Assembly: GCF_964213995.1 (NCBI RefSeq)
Contig: NC_135827.1
Coordinates: 3,906,001-3,970,000, forward strand
Source: Mustelus asterias
Taxonomy: Eukaryota
DNA: 64,000 nucleotides
Direction: 5' to 3'
The notes under the pieces were generated by a model. The model did no database searches and had not been told where the DNA came from. It saw only the letters and a program-made list of their open reading frames with translations. This document shows positions 1 through 12,861 of the stretch, piece after piece; position 1 is the first letter of the stretch; each line of letters begins with the position of its first letter. Position numbers and translations under genes: made by a program.

Positions 1-289
1 AAAGTTGAAGAAAATCAATTCCAAATTACACTGTTTGGATACATAATTTTAAGAGAAATATACAGAAATTGTGATTTTCTTCTGGATGTATTTTGAAGTA
101 AGGGAAAAATCAGGATTGAGGATTTGTATGAAGGATTGCAAACCAAATTCTAAATATAAATTGATGTGGAGACCAAACAAGCAACCCAGAATATTATAAA
201 TTACTTCATTATTCATGTATCTTGCAATTATTTTTCAAATAACTTGAGGAAAAAAACAGGTTATTTACAATGATGATTTCATAGCTGGG

Positions 290-1125
290 CCTGAAATGAG
301 CTTTCACCCCCACCTATCACAAAGAGCTCCTACTTAACCTCTATGGCATTGTCTACTTTCAACCCTGCCTCAACTCATCTGCCACTGAAACTCTCATTTA
401 TGCTTTGGTTGCCAATAGAGTTGACTGCAATGTTCTTTTGGCCAGCTTCACAACTTGCACCCTCTGTTAACATTCTGCTTATCCAAAATTATGTTGCCCA
501 TTCCTAACTTGCATCAAGTCTTGTTGTCCTTCACCATTGTGCTTGCTAATCTACATTAGCTCCCAGTCCAGTAAGCCTTTAATTTTAAAATTCTCATCCT
601 TGTTTTCAAATCCCTCCATAGCCCTGCTAGGAGGCCATGTCGCTCAGTAGTTATCATGCTGCCTCTGTGCTGGAAGCTCTGTGTTCAATTTCACTCTAGA
701 ATTTGTGGTGATGGATGGCTGTTCATGATATATTTCAGCAGGTTGATAATCAGTCTATCAATACTTGCCCACCATTCCCCAAGGGGGGAAAAATGTGTGT
801 GAACATAGCCTCACCCCCACCACCCCCCCCCCCCCCATCTCTGTAACCTCCAGCCCTACCATCTCATACTATCTCTGAACTCCTCCAGTTCTAGCCCCCT
901 ATGCATCCTCAATTTATCACCATAGAGCCATGGCTTCAGCGGCCTAGACTCTAGGCTTTGAAATTCCCTTCCTAAGCTCCTCCATCTTTCTCACCTTCTT
1001 TAAAATGCTCCTAAGCTACCTCATTGATTAAGCATTTTGGTCATATTTAGTACCTCCTCAGTGTCACATTTTGTTTGAAAACACTCCCTTGAATGTTCTA
1101 CTACATGAAGGCAATGTATAACTGG
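290..1125 (+). mobile_element. Old L2-type LINE 3' fragment containing a SINE insert (about 630-800)
   Basis: Shares ttttaaaattctcatccttgttttcaaatcc with 3288-3320. Related to 47795-48500. Confidence 0.65.
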
Positions 1126-1719
1126 AGCATGAACAGTATCACAGCCAACAACTATTCAGAAGTGAAGCACTATGCTTGCATGAAGTTACCTCATTTGCTA
1201 TTTTGATGAAGGTGCTGTTTATAAATCTATTAACAATGCCTTAAAGAAATTTCATGTAATAGCATGAAATATTTGTACCTCAAAATGGCATGATGCCACT
1301 ATTTTGGTGAAAAGGGTGCTGTGCTAACAAGATACACCTGTTTGAAAGTTTAGTTATAGCACATAGTTTTGGTCCTAATTGCTGATTACCATAATTTGAA
1401 CTTGCCTGGAGGTGTTAATTCAAACCCATGCAGGTTTAACAATAGCAATTTTCATGGAGCACTATTTATGGAGTGGGCTGGTTGACACACACTAGCAGGT
1501 TTTAGAATGGCTTTGGAACTGAGGAAGGTGTGAGTAAGTTCTCAGATGTGGCAATGGAGGTCTCTATCCACCTTGCTCTTCTATTCCCTCTATTCCTTAC
1601 CCCTCCAACATCTAGTGTATCTGGTCCCAGCTTCACCTCCTTCCATTTAGGACCAAGCAGTCCTGTTCATCTGGTGAATCTTAAAAAGTGTCCAGTCAGG
1701 TACAATAGAAAAAAATCAA

Positions 1720-2210
1720 GGGGGCAATTTCACTTTCTCGTCCCGTTGGTCGATGGGCAAGACAGTAAGATCGCAAGAGAGGCAAAAAATTGGGCTCATG
1801 CCCGATTTCTCGCTTCCACGATCTAAATCAATGCAAATGTTGATTTAAATATTATTAGTGAGCCCGGGCTCACTTGCATTAGCAGCCTCGCCAGTGAAGA
1901 TCCTCACCAGTGAGGATCATGTATGGTCCCCATCAATAAGAACCAGTTGTGATGGCCTCCCGGTTGGACTGGAGGCCATTGAGGGCCCCCAGGAGGTTGA
2001 GGGCGGGGAGGGCAGTGCCCCTTGGGCAGGACCTTCACCCGGTAAGACCGCTCAGACAAGTGAGTCTGGACGATTCTGTCCCGGGCTCACTAATAATATT
2101 TAAATCAACATTTGCATTGATTTAAATATTAAGATCAGCCTTGCATCCTTCCTGGGCGCGAGGCTGATCTTGCCAGAAATCCAGGCCTGGTACAATCGCG
2201 AGAGGCGATA
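1720..2210. mobile_element. GC-rich MITE-like remnant with an internal perfect 45-bp inverted repeat
   Basis: 1824-1868 is the exact reverse complement of 2080-2124. Confidence 0.55.
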
Positions 2211-2424
2211 TATAGAGTGACATTCCCAGAAAATTTGCAGAATAAATGTTGATAGAATGTTGGTGAAATCAGAAATGACATCCTATGTGACTATAGTAAA
2301 TGCAAGTTATCCCTCCGTATCCTTCTAGACCTGTCTGCAGCCTTTACACCTCTTCCTCCAATGTCTCGCCACCATTTTTCAGCTGGGTGAAATTTCACAC
2401 ACCTTGTTCCATTCTTCTCTATCT

Positions 2425-2677
2425 AATCATAGAAACATAGAAACATAGAAACCCTACAGTGCAGAAGGAGGCCATTCGGCCCATCGAGTCTGCACCGACC
2501 ACAACCCCACCCAGGCCCTACCCCCACATATTTACCCGCTAACTACACATCTCAGGGACAATTTTTAACCTGGCCAATCAACCTAACCCGCACATCTTTG
2601 GACTGTGGGAGGAAACCGGAGCACCCGGAGGAAACCCACGCAGACACGAGGAGAATGTGCAAACTCCACACAGACAG
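2425..2677 (-). mobile_element. V-SINE (HE1-like), 5'-truncated
   Basis: V domain (ggaggaaaccggagcacccggaggaaacccac) and a CR1-type (catagaaa)n tail. Confidence 0.9.
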
Positions 2678-2689
2678 AATCATAGCAAT

Positions 2690-3545
2690 GGCTTCGCCTC
2701 CTGCTCCTGCACCTGTAGTCTTGACCTCTGTCTATTCCTCATCTATACACTGCCCCTCAGCAATATAATCTAAAAAAAAAATCATCAATTTTTACATGAG
2801 CCTTACTGCCACCTATCTCGACGACTCCACTTTTTAAAATTTATCAGACTGCTTGTCCAATCGCAAGTACTGGATAAACAGAAATTCCCTCCAACATTTG
2901 AGAAATCAAAACCATTGTCTTTGGTTTCTGCTACAAATTTAGTTCCTCAACTACTGACTCCATTCCTCTGCCTGGCAATTGTCTGAATTTAAATCAGACT
3001 GTTCACAACCGTTAACCTGTAATGAGCTTCTAACCATGAATCCACAATATTACGAATACCATCTGTTTTCACCTTGGTCCCATCCCTGCAATCTGCCCCT
3101 GTCTCAGCTCATCAGAAACCCCTGAGTATGGGCATGTTACCTCTAGACTTGGCTATTCCAGTACACTCCCCCTTAATTCTATCCTCCATAAAATTGAGGC
3201 TACCCCAAATTCTGTTGTCTATTTTCTTACTGACACCAAATTCCATTCACCTGTCACCTCTGTGGTTGCAGGTTAACCAATGCCTGGATTTTAAAATTCT
3301 CATCCTTGTTTTCAAATCCATCCATTCCCTCAACACTATCTCTGTATTTTCCTCCAGCCCTACAATCCTCCAAGATAGCTATGTTCCTTTAATTCATTCC
3401 TAAATCTTTCTGCCACTCTTTCCTCCTTTAAGATGTTCCTTAAAACCTATCCCTTTGAGTAAGCTTATGGTCAGTTGCTAAAAAGCCTCTATTCATTATG
3501 GCTTGGTGTCATATTTTGCTGTGAAAGATTTTTATTATATTGAGC
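2690..3545 (+). mobile_element. Old L2-type LINE 3' fragment
   Basis: DFKILILVFKSIH motif in ORF 3074-3403; similar to 290-1125. Confidence 0.65.
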
Positions 3546-3550
3546 ATGCA

Positions 3551-3906
3551 ATCCATTGACTCTGTCTACACTTCCTGCTGCCTCGGCAAAGCAGCCAGCA
3601 TAATTAAGGACCCCATGCACCCTGGACATTCTCTCTTCCACCTTCTTCCGTCAGGAAAAAGATACAAAAGTCTGAGGTCACGTACCAACTGACTCAAGAA
3701 CAACTTCTTCCCTGCTGCTATCAGACTTTTGAATGGACCTACCTTGCATTAAGTTGATCTTTCTCTACACCCTAGCTATGACTGTAACACTACATTCTGC
3801 ACTCTCTCATTTCCTTCTCTATGAACGGTATGCTTTTTCTGTATAGTGCGCAAGAAACAATACTTTTCACTGTATGCTAATACGTGACAATAATAAATCA
3901 AATCAA
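3551..3906 (+). mobile_element. Rex1/Babar-type LINE 3' end
   Basis: Near-identical to 28547-28906, with (aaatc)n tail. Confidence 0.85.
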
Positions 3907-4577
3907 TATAAATGTAAGTTGTTATTGTTGATGATGGATTGCCCTAGAAAGTCGCCTGATGTGTTTCAAAAACCCTCTTCAAAACTACAGCAACAAGTGA
4001 ACAATTAAATGTGATATACTTTTAAATAGTGCTCAGTGTTCTCAGCAACGTCATGTTTACTTCTGTTCAGCTAATTGCTGTTCGAAGAGCTCGTTAGATG
4101 AAGTGTTATGTGTGCAGCCTGTTTAATAACTGCTATTAGGCATTTTAATTGTCAATCAGTCTCTTAATGATTCTCTGGGCTATGTTACTGGTGCTGACTT
4201 CAACTCCAACAACAAGATGGCAGTAAAGGTCTTGCATGAAACTGAGAGTAAACTTTCACTGCAGCTCATCTTTTCAGTGCTTAAGGTTGGTTGGTCTCTC
4301 TTTTGGCTTTTCCAATGTTACATGGGGTCATCACAATGCTGGTGGATCACCCTTCATATCAAACATAATTTTTAGATTTGGTGGGTGGTTTTACAGGCAA
4401 TGCACTTCCTGCCACTATTTTTAGCACCTAAATTATTTGGCCAAAATTGCCCTTGTTGTCTTTTGTTATAATGCTTGTAATCAGTTACAGGATATGGTCC
4501 AATTTCAGTATGTGTTTTACATGAGAACAAAGAGAAATCAAAGGTGGCAAACAGCTGAGATTTAGAAATAATTTCGT

Positions 4578-4913
4578 GAGCGGCACGGTAGCACAGTGGT
4601 TAGCACTGCTGCTTCACAGCTCCAGGGTCCGACTCCCGGCTCGGGTCACTGTCCGTGTGGAGTTTGCACATTCTCCTCGTGTCTGTGTGGGTTTCCTCCG
4701 GGTGCTCCGGTTTCCTCCCACAGTCCAAAGATGTGCGGGTTAGGTTGATTGGCCAGGTTAAAAAAATTGCCCCTTAGAGTCCTGGGATGTGTAGGTTAGA
4801 GGGATTAGCGGGTAAAATATGTGGGGGTAGGGCCTGGGTGGGATTGTGGTCGGTGCAGACTCGATGGGCCGAATGGCCTCCTTCTGCACTGTAGGGTTTC
4901 TATGATTCTATGA
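4578..4913 (+). mobile_element. V-SINE (HE1-like), near full length
   Basis: tRNA-like head (tagcacagtggttagc), V domain and ttctatga tail. Confidence 0.92.
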
Positions 4914-7309
4914 GATATAGTCAATTGTGTTTTGTTGCAAGCAATAATTATTAGGTCAGACCTACTTAAGTTATTCAATACAGAAAAAAAACAATCAGAG
5001 GTAGAGCATTCCCAGACAACATTACATCAAGGCTGAAGCACATTTAATGAGAGTATTTTTTTAGTAGAATCTCTATCCTCACCAGCAGGCGTGTGATGTC
5101 CCTATTCTTACATACCACTGGGTGAGCTGCCAGGCATAGACTTACCTAATGTTCCTGTGAGTAGCTCATTCTCTACTTATGTTCACTTGTGATGGGTGAG
5201 TTGGTCCACTCTAGTTGAAGCATGGGTTAACAATTTGGAAACAATACTGGAAGAGATCTTCTCAAAATGGTGTAAAATTATTGGGTTCTGATGAAAGAGA
5301 TAAAGAGAAATAGATATACAGAGGAAAGATAAATTTTTAAAAAATGTTCTTTTCCCTTATTTTGATTTCATAATACTTTAGGATGTGTGAGTCACACTCC
5401 CCCTTTTTGGAAAAATCAGGTAGCTGGATTGGAAAACCAACAATAGGGATTTCAGGCTTCATGTCTTGAAGCCATTTCACTGTCTGCTGGGAATCTAGCC
5501 TAGAAAAATCTGAAGAGCAGCAGATGGAAGATTCATGCTTGGCACTGAGGCACATTTGATCTCTGGATTTCTGCATCCAGACTGCACGAGGGTGCCAGAC
5601 ATGACTCCCTATGGTTCCTCTTTGCTGCAGAACATGTCCAGACAATTGTCCTAAAATTGCATTGTCCATGGGTCAGGATCTGGTTGACCCAGTTTCTTAG
5701 TGGTGGGTGATGTCTGTCAGCGTCACAGAATTATAAAAATAAAATTTAAATAAGCATTTAAAGTGCAGCATTAAGGTAAGTGTGGTGAGCTTCTATTTTA
5801 CTCTCAGTAACATTTCACAGATCCCAAAATATGGACTGCAAATGAAACTATGCATTCCAGCCAGGGTTACAATTTAATTCTACTGTGTAGATAATTTCAC
5901 ATTAGGTGATTAGAATGCACTAATTGCAGAGCTGAGTATAGTGACTTGTAATAGGTCCTTGTTTTCCTGTAACTGAATTAACTATGGAAGATGCAACATG
6001 GAGGTATAATGATGTGTAAAGAATTGTGGCGATATAAGGGACAATCATAAATTTTGGATGAAGTTTTTGATAGCTTTCAACCTGAGATGGGTTTGATGTA
6101 TTATGGTCATCTACTTAGCAGAAGCAATGATGAATACATCAGCATATAAAATCAAGAGTGGTGGGGAGCAAGTATTGTTATTGACTACTTGTGGTGATTA
6201 GTTTTGTCAGTTGGATTATGTGATAGGTGAGATTGAGCAGACTAGCTGTGTCATGTAATGCTTGGTTTACTATGCAGTGCTAACAACTCTCATCTTTCCA
6301 GAATGGAGCTTTTTTTCCCATTCACTAACTTTTTCATGTAGAAGGATACATATGATAAAATATTTTGCACAGATATGCACCATCATTCCTCAGTGACAGC
6401 ATGATGGAGTGTGAAATAATTTACTCACTGTCCTAACTGTCTTTACCTGTGCAGTCCCCTGTGTCCCCTCACTTTGCATCCTTTAAGAAAAATGCCTCAT
6501 TAAATCATACCCAGTGATTCTGGTATATTGTAAATACCTTCATGCAACAGCTAAGTTGGCTGAGGAAAGAAAATTGAATTACCTTTAATTTTAAAACAAG
6601 ACGATTTACCAAAACAAAACATGTTTAGCAAAATAAATAAAACAATTGATGAGAATTATTTAAATCTGTTATAACCAATTTGCTGCTTTACCATTGGTGA
6701 ATTGTCGAATGTTTGTGGTAGTGTGAAACAGGTGGTATGCACTGTGTCAGATGACCTGGAACTGAAAGTGATTTCAATGAAGGCTGAACAACAGAGCTAG
6801 AGAGATTGAAGGGAACTCTCTCTCTATTTAAGTAACAGCCTGCTTCATTTGTTTGGTAGCTCTCTCAATTCAGAGTTAGAAGATTGTGAGTTGAAGCACC
6901 AATCTAGAAACCATAGACAATGTCAGCTGACAGATCAATGCAGGACTGAGGAAGTGCCTTTTAGATGAAGTATGATTGAATCCTGCCTCCTTGTTCAGGT
7001 GAACATAAAATAGTTCATAGCACCATTCGAAGAAAAACAAAGAGCTTTTCCAATGGTCAGATCTAAAAGCCACCCTCAACCAACATCAACAAAAGTGATT
7101 GAGGGTGAATTGCTCCATGCCAGTAGCAATTAAATAACAAATCGTCAGCTCATTCTGCAACTTACAATTTTTGTTTGCATTGACTTCAACCTGGAATGGT
7201 TTAAAACAAGTGGCCAATTTACTATGAACTAACTTTGTGCTTCTGTTGGAGTCTAGTTTCATGCAATTAGCAGCTTCTTTGTATGATATTCTTTTTCGGG
7301 AACTTTACT

Positions 7310-8295
7310 ACAAAGAACAAAATACAGCACAGGAACAGGCCCTTCGGCCCACCAGGTCTGTGCCAACACGGATGCCTCTAATATTTTCTTACTCCTACAT
7401 GGTCAATATCCCTCTATTCCCTACCTATTTATGTATCTATCCAGATGCCTCTTGAACGTTGTTTAGAATCTGCTCCCACCATCTCCTCTGGCAGTGCATT
7501 CCATGCATTCACCATCCTCTGTGTGAAAAACTTGCCCCTTACATCTCTTTTAAACTTGCCCCCTCTCACCTTCAACCTATGCCCCTGAGTAATTGACCCT
7601 TCGACCCTGGGAAAATGACTCTGACTATCCACTCTATCCAAGCCTGTCATAATCTTGTAAACCACTATCAGGTCCCCCCTCATCCTCTGACACTCCAATG
7701 AAAACAATCCAAGTTTCTTCAACCTTTCTTCATAGTCTATATTCTCTAAACCAGGCAACATCCTGGTAAATCTCTTCTGCACCCTTTCCAATACATCAAC
7801 ATCCTTCTGGTAGTGTAGCGACCAGAATTGTATACAATACTCCAAATGCGGCCTAACCAAAGTCTTGTATAGCTGCAACTTGATTTTCTAATTCCTATAC
7901 TCAAAGCCCTGACCTATGAAGGCCAGCGTGCCATATGCCTTCTTGACCACCTGAGTTTCCACCTCCAGGAAACTGTGGATCTGCACACCTAGATCCTTCT
8001 GTATGCTAATACTGCTAAGGGCGCTACCATTTACTGTATACATTCTGTCTGTAGTAGACTTTCCAAATCGCATCACCTCACATTTGTCCGGGATTAAATT
8101 CCACCTGCCATCTTTCGGCCCAGGTCTCCAGCCGATTTATATCCTGCTGTATCCTCTGACAATCCTCCTCATTATTTGCTATTCCCCCAATTTTGGTATA
8201 ATCTGCAAATTTATATTTTCCTCCAAATCATTTACATACATTACAAACAAGAGGCCCCAGCACTGATTCCTGTGGAACACTACTTGTCACAGGAT
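7310..8295 (-). mobile_element. CR1 LINE 3' fragment
   Basis: ORFs [47 protein letters not shown], with frameshifts. Confidence 0.92.
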
Positions 8296-8344
8296 GTGCA
8301 TGTCAGATATGCATTGAAGGTAAAGTAATTATGTGTTTACTGGA

Positions 8345-8592
8345 TGGTGGTGAGCACTGCTGCCTCACAGTGCCAGGGTCCCGAGTTCAATTCAGGCCTG
8401 TGTGTTTGCATGGGTTTCCTCTGGGTGCACTGGTTTCTTCCCACAGTCCAAAGATGTGTGGGTTAGGATGATTGGCCATGCTAAATTGCCCCTGAGTGTC
8501 AGGATAACTAGCAGGGTAAAGATATTGTTGCTGTCGGTGCAGGCTTGATGGGCCGAATGGCCTCTTTCTGCATTGTATGGATACTATGCGAA
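8345..8592 (+). mobile_element. Degenerate V-SINE
   Basis: Similar to 4578-4913 with internal deletions. Confidence 0.8.
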
Positions 8593-9102
8593 GCACTTTG
8601 TGATATCAAAAGCATGTGTAGGATGCTCCATAAATACAACTTGTTTATTTTTATTTTGTGACCTAAATTTTTAAAATTCTAACATAGGTTTAGATAAAAC
8701 GCAAAATCATAGGTAGATTATAGTCAGTCTCGTAGGTGCTACTTATCATGCCATATTGCTTGCAATGCATATCTGACTTGATATTTGTAATGCTTTTTAA
8801 GTAGGTAAAATAATTTTAATTGATATTTTTGAAAGTCAGTTAAGTAGCTTTGTGGTTTTATTTTGTTATCTGTTGAAGCACTGAGACTTGTTGATCTCTA
8901 CCAGAAATTGCCTATGCTGTATCAGCCATGAAATGCTCATGATTTGCAAGTCCTATGAAGTGTTTACTCGGATGTGGACTGCATGCAATCTGTGTTGTTT
9001 TACCAATCTGGGATGTTTTACAGAATGATACTATAGTCAACTTGCATGCTATTAGATAGTTGTGGTGGGCCTTTATTTAACTGGTTACAATATCTTTTGT
9101 AG

Positions 9103-9171
9103 GTAGCTCTCCATTAAGCTATTCAACGTCATCTCACACTGACCAGTCAGCACGTCTCCCAGCCAAAGAAG
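9103..9171 (+). CDS. FLI1: FLI1 internal coding exon (equivalent to human exon 5), 69 nt, phase 1-1
   Basis: Acceptor tcttttgtag|GT and donor AAG|gtgggt. Translates (S)SSPLSYSTSSHTDQSARLPAKE(D), similar to human FLI1 [23 protein letters not shown] (recalled from memory). Confidence 0.9.
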
Positions 9172-10686
9172 GTGGGTTCAATTTTCTTCTTTTAAACCTT
9201 TCTTTAAATAATATTGAAGTAAAGCTGGAATGGACTTCTGCTTTTGTTGAGGTGAATGCAGTAGCCCTGTGTTAAAGATAATATGCAATATTTCATCAAT
9301 ACCTACATGTTGCTTTGTCCAAACAAATCTCCAGTTAAAGAAAACTTCATCAGGCAGTCTAATGTACAGGCTCATTTCCAATATCGTCCTGTGTTCACAT
9401 TGTGCTTAAACCCTGGATTCACTGTAGTAGATTATCAGTTTACCATCCATGAACAAAAACTGACATCATGGATTAGTCTCCATTATGGAAACTGTCTGAT
9501 TTATATTTAGTAACATAGGACTGGGCTTTATGCTCCCCCGCTGGTGGGGTTGAAGTTGGGGCGGGTTTGAGGGAGGTTGTTTGAAAAAAAAATCTATTGC
9601 CTGACTTTCCTGCCACATATCCATTCACTGCCAACCTGTCTGAAATTTTGAGGGGTGGGGAGGTATCAGATGGCCTACCTGTTGAGGCCTTAATTGGCCA
9701 CTTATTATGCTCCATTCCTATTTTGCCCATGCTATGGGGAGGATCATGCCATGTGTGAATCCCAACAGATATTAGCTATGTGGGCTGGTGTCCTTTGTGG
9801 GTCCCTGGGCCCATCAGAGGCAGCCTCCCTCAAGATCATTCCCTGCTCTAACTTTTTCCCTGGTCTCTTAGACCCAGTCCTCAGTCCTTCCTTTACTGAG
9901 AGCCTTAACCTTAGACTTCGAGCTCCTCGGCATGGTGGGATTGCTTGTAATCCCAGAGGTGTCCACTACTCCTAGCTGGTGGTGCTGTCCTACAGAGCTG
10001 CTGGCCACCTGATTGATTGGCAGCTCTCTAAGGCAGACTTCCTCCTGAGATAGAGGTGGAAATCCCATCTTAAAGCGATTAATGCTGCTGCCCAAATTAA
10101 AAGAAAATTGACCTATTCTTCAAAGGGTGCCTCCCTGTTGAGGCATTCGCTTTTTCCTCATCATGAATATGTAGCTCCCACCTTGGCAGCTAATAATGTA
10201 TCAGTGCCTACTGGTGTCCCTTTGGTCCTCCAGCTTTGAGAGCACACCTAAGAAAGGCAAGCCCACACCTGCATGAATTGGCCTGTCCTTATAAAAATCT
10301 GGAACATGCTGTGTGGATTCCTGACCCAGGATTGAAAATGCAGGAAATTCCAATGTGACTGATGTGAATCCATATTTTATTTCATAAATTGGATGGTGAA
10401 AATTCTAGCCTTTTCAATAGGATACTGTACACTCAGATTTCTAGGTGGACAGTGAATTAGCATGCAAACTTTAGATATGGACCTAGGATTTTTTTTGTAG
10501 CTCCTCCTTCCTCACTTTAAACCTATTAAAAGAGCAAAGATAAATCATATTTATGCCCAGAGCCCTCCCGTAGCAACAATCGATGAGGGGCACCATGCTA
10601 TGGTTTCAAATCTATCCTGGAATGATTAGATAATAGCAGCTCAATTTTTCTTTGATTTTTGGGAGAGAACTGTGTGAAATAGATGG

Positions 10687-10942
10687 TGGTGGTGTGTTAC
10701 AAATTATTCAGGCAACATGCACTTTTCAGTCTGGAGCTATAGATAGTGATGGTAGAGGCTCCATCATATGGCAAACCAGAAATATTTCACCTAAAGTTGA
10801 AAGGATTTGTAGGTTGATAATCAAACTGCTCAGTCACATTATGAATTCACACACTTCTTGGCCATCAAGTCCTGGGGTGGGACTTGAACACAGAGCTTCT
10901 GGCCTAGAGACAGGGATGCTAACCATTGCGCCAAAGTGCCTC
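10687..10942 (-). mobile_element. tRNA-derived SINE, third family, with 14-bp TSD
   Basis: Minus strand has an A box (tggcgcaatggttagc) and B box (gttcaagtcc). TSD tgtgaaatagatgg at 10673-10686 and 10943-10956. Relatives at about 630-770 and 15505-15750. Confidence 0.75.
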
Positions 10943-11339
10943 TGTGAAATAGATGGAACAGTCTCAAAACTTTCACATATGGCTATTTTATTTAGCAAAG
11001 GTGTACAGGTAGATGATAAAATCATACAATAGTGCGGCATGAAGAGTAAGTTTAGTCTCACTCACTGGCTCTTTCCTCATATAACTGCAAGTTTTTCTCA
11101 CTCAAGTATTTGCAAGTTTCTTTTGCAAGCTACTTATTGAATCTTTTTCTATTACCCCATCAAGCAGTGCATTCCAACCCCTAACCATGGAAAAAGCAAG
11201 GGTTTTTTCTTTTGTCAAAAACCAAAATCAATACTGTCTATTTATTGAACATGGTGTGGAGATGCCAGCCTTGGACGAGGGTAAACATAGTAAGAGGTCT
11301 CACAACACCAGGTTAAAGTCCAACAGGTTTATTTGGAAG

Positions 11340-11374
11340 CACAAGCTTTCGGAGTGTTGCTACTTCTTCAGGTG
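11340..11374 (-). ncRNA. Minimal type I hammerhead ribozyme motif (core intact, helix II weakened)
   Basis: Minus strand reads CAC-CUGAAGA-A-GUAGCAACACUCC-GAAA-GC-UU-GUG. Confidence 0.65.
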
Positions 11375-11584
11375 AGTGAAGAGTTGTGTTCACAAACAGG
11401 GCATATACAGACACAGACTCAATTTATAAGATAATGATTGGAATGCGAGTCTTTACAGGTAATCAAGTCTTCCAGATACAGACGATATGAGTGGAGATAG
11501 GGTTAGGCACAGGTTAAAGAGGTGTGAATTGTCTCCAGCCAGGACAGTTAGTAAGATTTTGCAAGCCCAGGCAAGTCATGGGGG

Positions 11585-12658
11585 TTACCGATAGTGTGAC
11601 ACGATCTCAAGATCCCGGTTGAGGCCGTCCTCATGTGTGCGGAACTTGGCTATCAGTTTTTGCTCGGCGATTCTGCATTGTTGTGTGTCATGAAGGCCGC
11701 CTTGGAAAACACTTACCCGAAGATCAGAGGCTGAATACCCGTGACTGCTGAAGTGCTCCCCAACAGGAAGAGAACAGTCCTGCCTGGTGATTGTTGAGTG
11801 GTGTTCATTCATCCATTGTCGTAGTGTCTGCATGGTCTCGCCAATGTACCATGCCTCGGGACATCCTTTCCTGCAGCGTATCAGGTAGACAACGTTGGCC
11901 AAGTCACGAGTGTATGTACCGCGTACCTGGTGGATGGTGTTCTCACGTGAGATGATGGCATCCGTGTCGATGATCCAGCTCGTCTTGCAGAGGTTGCTGT
12001 GGCAGGGTTGTGTGGTGTCGTGGTTACTGTTCTCCTGAAGGCTGGGTAGTTTGCTGCGGACAATGGTCTGTTTGAAGTTGTGCGGTTGTTTGAAAGCAAG
12101 AAGTGGGGGTGTGGGGATGGCCTTGGCGAGATGTTCGTCTTCATCGATGACATGTTGAAGGCTCTGGCGAAGATGTCGTAGCTTCTCCGCTCTGGGGAAG
12201 GACTGGACGACAAAGGGTACTCTGTCCACCATGTCCCATGTTTGTCTTCTGAGGAGGTCGGTGCGGTTTTTTGCTGTGATGCGTTGGAACTGTCGATCGA
12301 TGAGTCGAACGCTATATCTTGTTCTTATGAGGGTGTCTTTCAGCGTCTGTAGGTGTCTGTTGCAATCCTCCTCATCTGAGCAGATCCTGTGTATACGGAG
12401 GGCTTGTCCGTAAGGGATGGCTTCTTTAACGTGTTTAGAGTGGAAGCTGGAGAAGTGGAGCATCGTGAGGTTATTTGTGGACTTGCGGTACAGTGAGGTG
12501 CTGAGGTGACCGTCCTTGATGGAGATGCATGTGTCCGATTTAGGAGAGTAGTCCATGGTGAGTCTGATGGTGGGATGGAACTTGTTGATGTCATCATATA
12601 GTTGTTTCAGTGATTCTTTGCCATGAGTCCAAAGGAAGAAAATGTCATTGATGTATCT
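11585..12658 (-). pseudogene. Penelope RT/GIY-YIG ORF fragment
   Basis: The 323-aa ORF in the track extends upstream in frame to the YIND motif. The N-terminal RT is missing and a catalytic Asp is mutated. Confidence 0.88.
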
Positions 12659-12826
12659 GTCCTGGCTGGAGACAATTCATACCTCTTTAACCTGTGCTTA
12701 ACCCTCCACTCACATTGTCTGTACCTGTAAAGACTTGATTACCTGTAAAGACTCGCATTCCAACCATTATCTTGTAAATTGAGTCCGTGTCTATGTATGC
12801 CCTGTTTGTGAACACAACTTTTCACT

Positions 12827-12861
12827 CACCTCAAGAAGGAGCAACACTCCGAAAGCTTGTG
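12827..12861 (+). ncRNA. Minimal hammerhead ribozyme motif, core mutated (CUCAAGA)
   Basis: CAC-CUCAAGA-A-GGAGCAACACUCC-GAAA-GC-UU-GUG, a G5C change in the core. Confidence 0.6.

Noticed and set aside
4578-4660. tRNA genes at this and similar sites
   Set aside because: These are tRNA-derived SINE heads followed by a V domain and LINE-type tail, with no complete cloverleaf.
1-9102. FLI1 PNT-domain exon or an ERG-like extra 81-nt exon
   Set aside because: No matching peptide with splice sites was found by eye. The PNT exon is probably upstream of the window, but a small diverged exon could have been missed.
11585-12556. Active or domesticated retroelement gene
   Set aside because: 5'-truncated in the RT, YIDD changed to YIND, and flanked by a TSD; a dead insertion.
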